From Amoebidium appalachense (Eukaryota; Protista; Ichthyosporea), in contig CAVNZM010000004.1 in assembly GCA_963693365.1 (NCBI GenBank), positions 13,439,088 to 13,503,087 of the forward strand: a stretch of 64,000 bases of DNA. Direction: 5' to 3'. The position numbers and the translations under genes were made by a program. Below the pieces are notes generated by a model. That model saw nothing but the letters and a program-made list of their open reading frames with translations, was not told the DNA's origin and made no database searches. Each line of letters begins with the position of its first letter. Within the stretch, counting starts at the first letter, position 1. Positions 51,863 to 64,000 of this stretch are shown one piece after another.

Positions 51863-53482
51863 CACACACACACAGGTCCACAAAGACCGAAACCGAGGCG
51901 TCTCTTATGATTGAGGAGCTTCTTGAAAGTGTCGAGACACTGTTAGCCCACGGCCACATCATAGTGGTCATAAAGATGGTCGAGGCATGCCTGTTGGTGA
52001 GTGTGGGTGCGGGTATGTCTGTGCTTGTGTACTTGTCGTCGTGTGTGGGTGCGTGTGGGTGGGTGGGTGGGTGGGTGGGTGGGTGGGTGGGTGTGTGTGT
52101 GTGTGTGTGTGTGTCTTTGTCTGTGTCTGTGTTAGATGGTCGAAGCATGCATATTGGTGAGTGTTTGGTGCGGGCATGTCATTGCACATGAGCTTGTTGT
52201 CGTATGTGTGTGACTGTGTCTGTGTCTGTGTGTGTCTGTCTCTGTGTCTGTCTCTGTGCCTGTGTTGAGAGTGGAGGGTCAGAATATGCTGTCTACTGCT
52301 ATTTCTTTGCCATGTGCTGTGTGTACTGACTGTTTTATGGCCACACCCCACTGACCCATGGCCCATGCAGGCACCCAAACTGCAGAAGAAGGTAGTTAAT
52401 GCGATCTTCAAGAGTTTCCACATCAACGACCCTGCAGACCAGAAAGAGAGTATGAACCCCTGGTTGATTACCTGTAATCTTCGCTTGTTTATATGTGTGT
52501 GTGTGTATGTATGTATGTTGTGCGGAGTTGCACACACCGGTGTCTACTTTTCTTCCTACTGTTTTTCTCTCCACACACTTCATCTGTCCACTTCTGCTTA
52601 CCCCCTCTCATAGCTATAGACACACTTCACACATTGCGGTACGCGGACGCATGCACACACCGCTCTGTTGGCGACAGCTCCCTTGGAACCCATGCGGCAT
52701 GTTACCCGCCGGCGTAACATAACTCGGACTATCGGTTTGGCTTTTTTCAAGCCCAAAGCAATGGGTGATAGCATATTTTCGGCTGACATCCGGGGGCATA
52801 GCTTTCCATTCGAAGACGTTAAAGTTCCGCCCTAGTAAGCGTGTTACTACCCTGCGGCGTGGGTCAAATCTCATATTTTCCCCTCTGATTGCGAAATCTG
52901 CAGCCTTCGGGACTTTATTCTTTTCAGCTGGTGTAGTATGTTAGCCAGGGAAGTATCGACTTAGGTAGTGACGGGGGAGCTTCCCAGAAGCCCCGTCTCC
53001 TGAGTTCCTATCTATATTTTTCTTGCTTCTGTTTACTGCTGCAACTTTAACCCCCGGCCTTTCCCACTGCCCTTGCCTGCATAAGCAACCCTGCTCGTCT
53101 CTGATCAAGACGGGTGACCTACTCATGTTCAAGTGAAACAGTATCTGAGTTGGGTTTCGTTAACGAGGTGAATAGGTCGAAACTCGGGTACTGTGGATGA
53201 CGTGGGCCCCCCTGAGGATGGGCTCTGCTTATTATGCATACTCTTTATGTATGACTTGCATTCTGCATCGTGTTATCCGTTTGTTCTTGTATACTTCGTA
53301 CTTTATGACGCATTTAAAACCCCCCTCCCCCCCTCCCCAAGAAAAAAAAAAAGAAAAAAAAAAAAAGAAAGAAAGAAAACGGTTTGTTTGTTGTTTGCAC
53401 ACCATGCTATGTTCTCCACGGCATTCTTTGCTGTTTCTTGACGCTTCGTGCTGGTTTCACGATGTGCACACATTACTAACCC

Positions 53483-53513
<31 letters not shown>

Positions 53514-53653
53514 AAAAAAAAAAAAAAGAAAAAAAAACCAAACAAGCACACACCTATCTATAGTCATGCAGGCAAGCCTCAAAGCTCTGGCCCTGGACCT
53601 CTATAGTCAATGGGATGTTAATGTGGGTTCTGAGCCTGATAATTCTTGCTTCT

Positions 53654-53703
<50 letters not shown>

Positions 53704-53835
53704 ACATACACACACACACACTCACACTCACACACCCTCTCCAAACCTTCACACACAAGGGGCTTCCACCCGCCGTTGCCCTGCACATTGCCCAAAACCA
53801 TACACACTTCTGTGTGATATTTGCATGCTGCCCAC

Positions 53836-53927
<92 letters not shown>

Positions 53928-55050
53928 CATACCGCTTGCTTTGCGCCTGACCACCCTTGAGACGTATCGGGGGGAGGACGGCACCGCAGCGGCCGGCAAA
54001 GCCATGGCCCTAAAGCTCAACGGGGCACTACTGCTCCAGGCTATTTTTAAACTCGACCAGAACACTATCAACCCTGTGGCTATCAGGTGTGTGCATGTGT
54101 TTGGGGGTGGGGGCATATGGGTGGGTGGATGGGTGTGGTTGGGTGGGTGTGTGTGTGGGGGGGGGGGGGGGGGTGCGTCTGTGTGTGTGCATGCTGTGTG
54201 AGAGAAGGGGATTACGGTGTTGGTTTTTAATAGGTGGAGAAATGCAAATACGTTGTGTGGGTTGGGGTGCAGATCACGGCTTGAGGTGTCGTGTGGTATG
54301 TGTGGGGGGAAGGAGGGGAGGGGGGGGAGGGGGGGGGAGGGGGGAGGGGACGAGTTGGGTAGATCAGACAGTCTGTAACGGGCCGATCTCTTGTCAGACG
54401 AACAGGGGAGGGGTGAAACACAAGCACCTGCACTCTTCTGCTTCCTACTCTAGACGGTGACAAAGTCTTGGTTCGGACACCTTTTAGAGTGTGCTTGGTA
54501 GGGTCGAGTAGAGAGTTTGAAGCAAAAGTGTGACAAGTGAATGTAGGCGTGGGATTTGGGTACTTGTCTTCTTTGTGTATCTCATTTACTTTCCTTTGTG
54601 TGTACATGATATCTCATTTCCTTTCCTTGGTGTGTAGATATACTAACACACACATGTGTGCAGTCTGCTTAGTCTTGGTGTTGAGGGGGTGCTAGCGCTA
54701 GCCCTTCATCCGATTGGTGCGCACGTGGTGGAGGGATTCATGAAGGGCAATGTGGATTTGAACATGAAGAAGCGCCTGATCAAGCTGCTCAAGGGCAACT
54801 ATGTCAAGGTGTGTGTGTGTGTGGTGGTGGGGGGGGGGGGGGGGGGGGGGGGGGAGGGGGGGGGTCGGTGGGTGGGTGGGTGGGTGAGTGTGCAGGCGTT
54901 CCTGTACTCGGTCATTTCAATCTCCCCCCCCCCCCCCCTCCCCTCCCCCCTCCTCCTCCCCCCGTCCCATCCCCCCAATCTAACTAGAGCCTCTACTCTG
55001 TCAGTTCAGTGGTTGGGCAGCCCTTTTTCACTTTGCCAAGCCGTCATTGT

Positions 55051-55086
<36 letters not shown>

Positions 55087-55675
55087 CCCCCGGGCATTCT
55101 GGGTTTGTTTTTGCAGGTCACCTGTGTGTTCTCCCCATGTTCCTCAGTTTAGTGTCCGTACTCCCTACTGTGTACCGTATTCCCCCCTCCCCCCACCCGC
55201 CCACCCACCCACCCACCCACCCACCCACCCACCCATCCCCTGTTCCCCAATGTATGCTTGCTATCCCCGCCCTTCACATGTTTTTGCCCACTGACCACCA
55301 CGTTTTGCAGCTTGCGGTGGACAAGAATGGCAGCCACACGGTGGATGCATGCTGGGCCCGGTCAGACCTCAAGAATAAGGTGTGTGCTGATGAGAGGGGG
55401 GTTGGATGGTTGGATCGGTGTGTGTGTGTGGGGGGGGGGGGGGGGGGGGGGGAGAGGGGCTTCACCGCATCCCCTTTGTCCTTCACTCATTCATTCGTTT
55501 GTTCGTTCGTCCATTCTTCCTGATGTGTCCTTAATGCTTTGGACTGCACTTGGGAGTGTGTGGCAAATATCCGATGTACAGCCATGCCTGCATCAATATC
55601 GACACCAACATAGGACAGAGCCGGGCTGAGACGGTTTCCCCCCCCCCCCTTTTTTTTTTCCTTTCTTTTTTTTTT

Positions 55676-55706
<31 letters not shown>

Positions 55707-55821
55707 GGGGGGAGGGGGGGGGGGCAAGGCATCTGACTTTGGAACCGAACAGGAATTGATTGCCGACGAGCTATTGGCCAAAGAGGACGAGCTGAAGGAC
55801 AGCTTCTACGGCCGCAAAGTG

Positions 55822-55876
<55 letters not shown>

Positions 55877-56071
55877 TGCCTGTATGCCTTCCTGGGTACG
55901 TGCGTATGTGACGGGCTTATGCACCATTGCTATGGGCGATGAAGCTGGTGTGCGTTATATTGTAGCCCCCAAGGGGGGGGGGGGGGGGGAGGGGGGGGGG
56001 GAGGGGGGGGGGGGGGGGGGGAGGGTTAAGCAGATGTGGATTTTGTTTTGTTTCTTGTTTTTTTTTTTTTT

Positions 56072-56102
<31 letters not shown>

Positions 56103-56879
56103 GGGTACGACCGTGCGCTGCCGGGCACGTCGTCCCGAACCCTTTCTGTGTCTACTTAACACACAAACCTTCATAATGCAGACACACTTTGTTTTCCCCT
56201 GATAACTGATAGCACTTTCAGATGTTATCTCTCACCCTTCCCCCTCACACACACAGAGAGACACACACAAGATTGCAAACACACACACACACACACACAC
56301 ACACCTGCAACTGCAACTGCCTTCGTTGCACGCAGGCAAGTGCACAACCACCAGTCCCCCATGTCTCTCCCCCATCGGTTACCATGTTATTGTGTTTGGT
56401 GCATGCACACATGTACACGTGCCTCTTTTTGAAGTCTGCTGCTGATTGGCTCCATGTCAGATGTTCAACTGCCACTTTGAGCACATCAAGCGCAAGAGAG
56501 ACACGTGGAAGGACAAGGAGGCAGCCAACGAGAAGAAGAAGGCCATGTTTGCTGACATACTGCAAGAGGACCCCCAGCCAAAGAAGAGTACGTGGGTGGG
56601 TGTGGGTGTGGGTGGGAGGGGGGAGGGGGGAAAAAGGAAGGTTCGTATCTTGATTGCGTGTTCTGACCTCCGATTGCCCCCCCCCCCCCCCACCCCCCCC
56701 ACCCCGCCCCACCCGCACCCGTCGTCCCCACGTATATGCAGAGGCCAAAGAGCCCAAGAAGGCTAAGCCCAAGCCTGATGAGGAGCTGGAACTGCCGCCA
56801 AACGAAATCGATGACGTCTTTGCCGTGGCAAGGGGCAGGGGCAAGAAGAGGGACCACCAGGTGTGTGTATGTGTGGGTT

Positions 56880-56919
<40 letters not shown>

Positions 56920-57111
56920 CGGCGTGTAAGTTTGTGTTCGGGATGCGTTATGCTCAGTGGCTGTGACTGCCTCTCCTAAACAGTATGTGGGAAAGAACAT
57001 AGAAATGGCTGCAAAAGGCAGGGTGGGAGGTGTGATGGAGGGCATAATGGGGGTGGGTGAGCGGGCTGGATTGGGGTGTTTTTTGGTGGTTGTTTCAAAT
57101 TTTTTTTTTTT

Positions 57112-57164
<53 letters not shown>

Positions 57165-57677
57165 ATGTGGGGCTGGATAAGGGTGCAATCAATGAACGGA
57201 TTGGTTCTGCCGTCGAGAGTCACGGGGAACAAAGGGAGGCAGGGGGGGGGGGGGGGGGGGGGAGTCTTTTCTCATTGGTGGTTTTGCAGGCACCAGTCAA
57301 GGAGGAGGCCGAAACAGAAGCCCAGTCTGAGGGCAAGAAGAAGAAAAAGAAGAAGGACCAGGTGGGCGCATGCAGGGCATGGCTGTGTGTGCCAGTGGGT
57401 GTGCGTGTGTGTCTGAATATGTGTGCACACTGTGCTTGTGTCGATGAAAACGTCATGTTTTTTTTCATTTGCATGACCTGCGTGTGCATGCGCATGTCTT
57501 TGGTGTGTTCCTGGGTGCCCTTCCCCCTAAGACTAATGATTGGTCTTTGCAGGCTGTGGGCAAGACGGACCAGACGGAGGAAGAGAAGGAAAAAATGAAA
57601 GACGACATGGTGGAGATGTCCTCCATCCTGAAGGGTACGTGCACACACACACACACACACACACATGCGCGGACACA

Positions 57678-57728
<51 letters not shown>

Positions 57729-57781
57729 GCATGCACGCGCGCACGTACCGATACACACCCGTGCGCGTGCATATTCACTAC

Positions 57782-57863
<82 letters not shown>

Positions 57864-57996
57864 ACACACCTGTATATCAAATCCAGGGGCACCGCTGCAT
57901 ATGACATCCACACATTGCACTCCACAGAAACCAAATCTGTTTCCCATCCATTCTCCATACTTACAGTTCATGCATCCTATACCCCCTCTCTCAATT

Positions 57997-58076
<80 letters not shown>

Positions 58077-58218
58077 AAAAAAACTATTCCCATAATTAAC
58101 TGACATGCTGGGCCACCCTGCAGAGTCCAAAAAGAAAAAGAAGTCCAAGAAGCGAAAGGAGGAGGAGGAGGAGTCTGAGGGACCCAAGAAGAAGAAGAAG
58201 AAATTCATGATGAGCTAG
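44690..58218 (+). CDS. NOP9: Nucleolar protein 9 (PUF-repeat rRNA processing factor), ~21 exons
   Basis: Exons 44690-44736, 45369-45580, 46363-46544, 46951-47004, 48100-48264, 48759-48871, 49274-49358, 50113-50184, 50771-50840, 51213-51285, 51876-51996, 52371-52449, 53927-54086, 54664-54808, 55311-55379, 55753-55821, 56461-56587, 56742-56860, 57290-57361, 57553-57634 and 58124-58218. Motifs [43 protein letters not shown] and [10 protein letters not shown]; Lys-rich tail. Confidence 0.92.
52460..53325 (+). mobile_element. Repeat family B, ~870-bp apparently full-length non-coding element
   Basis: Starts 10 nt into a NOP9 intron; reverse-complement match to 38062-38934 with scattered substitutions; structured core at 53081-53232. 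Confidence 0.92.
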
Positions 58219-59177
58219 GCATCAAATATGCAAGCCCCATTTATCTACTGTGTGCATGTGTGCATGCCATTGCATCGTGCCAAATACTGCGCAGGTGTTG
58301 ATAGATCGCTGTGGGTGTACAGATACGTTGCTTGGAAATGTTGCTGGCAACACATGCAGATTCAGATCGGTGTTGTTGCACACTGACAACGAACGAGAAA
58401 AAGGTGTATAAACACCCACACAGATATACATGCACGTGCACACACCAAAATGTTTGTAATTAGCAGCAGCGGCCACTCACAGGCGGTACCATTACTCGCA
58501 CATAGTACATGCATGATATAAACCTAAAATCTCACTAATTAGTTCCCACAACTAACGAATGATCATCACATACACATCAGCATTGCAGCCCTGAAGGCTT
58601 CAATTATTTTATTTGGTATCGATTTTTGGTGACATAATACATAGCAGAAAGCATATATACTCAAAATCGCACTCAGGCATATGCTTTCTGCTATGTATTG
58701 AGTAGCAAACCTGAAAAATAAATAATAATAAAAGGAATGAAAAACAAAGGTTCCGTGGCCGATGCATTGTAATGCAAGCTATTAGAATTCGAACCAAGCA
58801 TCGCAATAAACTTATATGTACAAGTGTATAGATGTTACACTTAAAACGCATCAGTGTGCTCTTCTGTACAGGTCATAAAACGGCCACTTGCATAGCGCCA
58901 AGCATGCCCAATCATGTCCCCTGCAACATCATCCATGCAAGGTGTTACCCTGCATCATGTTATTACCGTCAGCAACTCGAAGGGATCATTGAAGGAAACC
59001 CGCCTTGGCAAGCATACATCTACGCAACTGCAATAGCAAAACAGGAGCCCTCTAACTTCCAAACAGTCAATTGCAAGCAGCTTTGGTTGGCTTGGAGTAG
59101 ATTACAAGCGATGAATTTCATGTCAACATTTACAATTACCAAATAGAACTGGTCGTGGGAGATGGTCATGTGATGGT

Positions 59178-62938
<3,761 letters not shown>

Positions 62939-63705
62939 GTCCGTGCCTGCCTGCAGACACAGGTTGGAATGTGCAGCTGTGTAGCACAAGAATATTCAGT
63001 TACTCTTAGGCTGCCAGAAAATCAGGGAGAAAAGGGAAGAGGGTTGCAGGGAGACCGCCAACCCCTGCAAGTAAAGAGTGATGCTGGATGACTTTGTGCT
63101 ATTCAGACCAATGCAACACGTGTCCGTGATTGTGGATGTGTGCATGGGTGCGTGCTTGTATGAATATGAATGGGTGTGTGCTTGTTTGTCTCCTTGAGTG
63201 CATGTGTGCGTTCCGATTTGCTCAAACACGTGCGTAATGAAGTGCATGGGTTTGCCAGAGCAAAATGCACCTGCAAGGGGGAGAGAAGGGGGAGGAAGGG
63301 GAGAGGGGGGGAAGCGGAAAGCAGAGGGCAAGGAGAGGGTTGGGGGAGGCGCCGGGATGGGGGGAGGGGGGGAGGGGGGGAGGGGGGGGCTACCATCTTC
63401 AAGGCGGTGCATTAATTCTGGATATGTCTCAGTGGCACACAATACATAAACAAACGAACACACGTGCACTCGCTGCAACCAACTCGGACACATGTTTCAG
63501 TGTGAAAAGAACCTTGAAGAGAAGCTAAAAATCATGTGGCTGCCAACACGTCAGCGCGTGTCAGGTTGGGATGGATGGGGGGCTGTGAGGGGGAGGAGGA
63601 GGACTGGAGGGAGGCGCACTCGGGGAGAGGGGAGAGGGGGGGGCGTGGAGGTGGGGGAAGGGGGGCGGGGGGGGGCCGGAAAAGGGGGAGGGGAGGGGGA
63701 GGGGG

Positions 63706-63749
<44 letters not shown>

Positions 63750-64000
63750 GCGTGGTAGAACCTAATCGCCACAGAATGGAGTATGCGGGCGCTATGGCGC
63801 TACTTCGAACAGCTCTAGTAGATTGCTAGGTTGAATCTGCGTAGTCCTCTGTAAATTGCTGTCACAAAGATGATGGCCTTCTGTAGACGTCTGACAGACG
63901 GTGCACTCGCGGAGTCGCACGCGTGGCAGAAGCCGTACGACGTCGGTGGGCCGGCCGTCACACTCGGTCACACTGTTCAAAGTCAAAAACTGAGTTGAGG

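Overview
Eukaryotic nuclear DNA, intron-rich and saturated with (CA)n/(GT)n, (GA)n and poly-C/G tracts. An opisthokont, probably a unicellular holozoan, is inferred from the Gi/o gene and its metazoan-like intron positions; the organism is not identified. Six host genes were reconstructed by eye from GT-AG exons: a Gi/o-class G-alpha (+), an intronless CBS-domain protein (-), PNISR-like (-), NUBP2/Cfd1 (-), NOP9 (+) and CutA (-). Mobile DNA includes two truncated non-LTR RT elements, one of them nested in a non-autonomous hAT-like transposon (11-bp TIRs, 8-bp TSD). The most unusual signal is a non-coding intronic element in two subfamilies. Family A forms a 453-bp head-to-tail array plus fragments; family B is ~870 bp, dispersed, with 5'-truncated copies. 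Both end in ...GCATT(C/T)AA(AA) followed by a C-run, sit mostly inside C-tracts, and share a ~155-nt core whose helices and pseudoknot are preserved by compensatory and G-U changes. It is a candidate undescribed ribozyme/retrozyme-like retroelement; catalytic activity is an untested inference. Homopolymer lengths and some low-complexity stretches may contain assembly errors.
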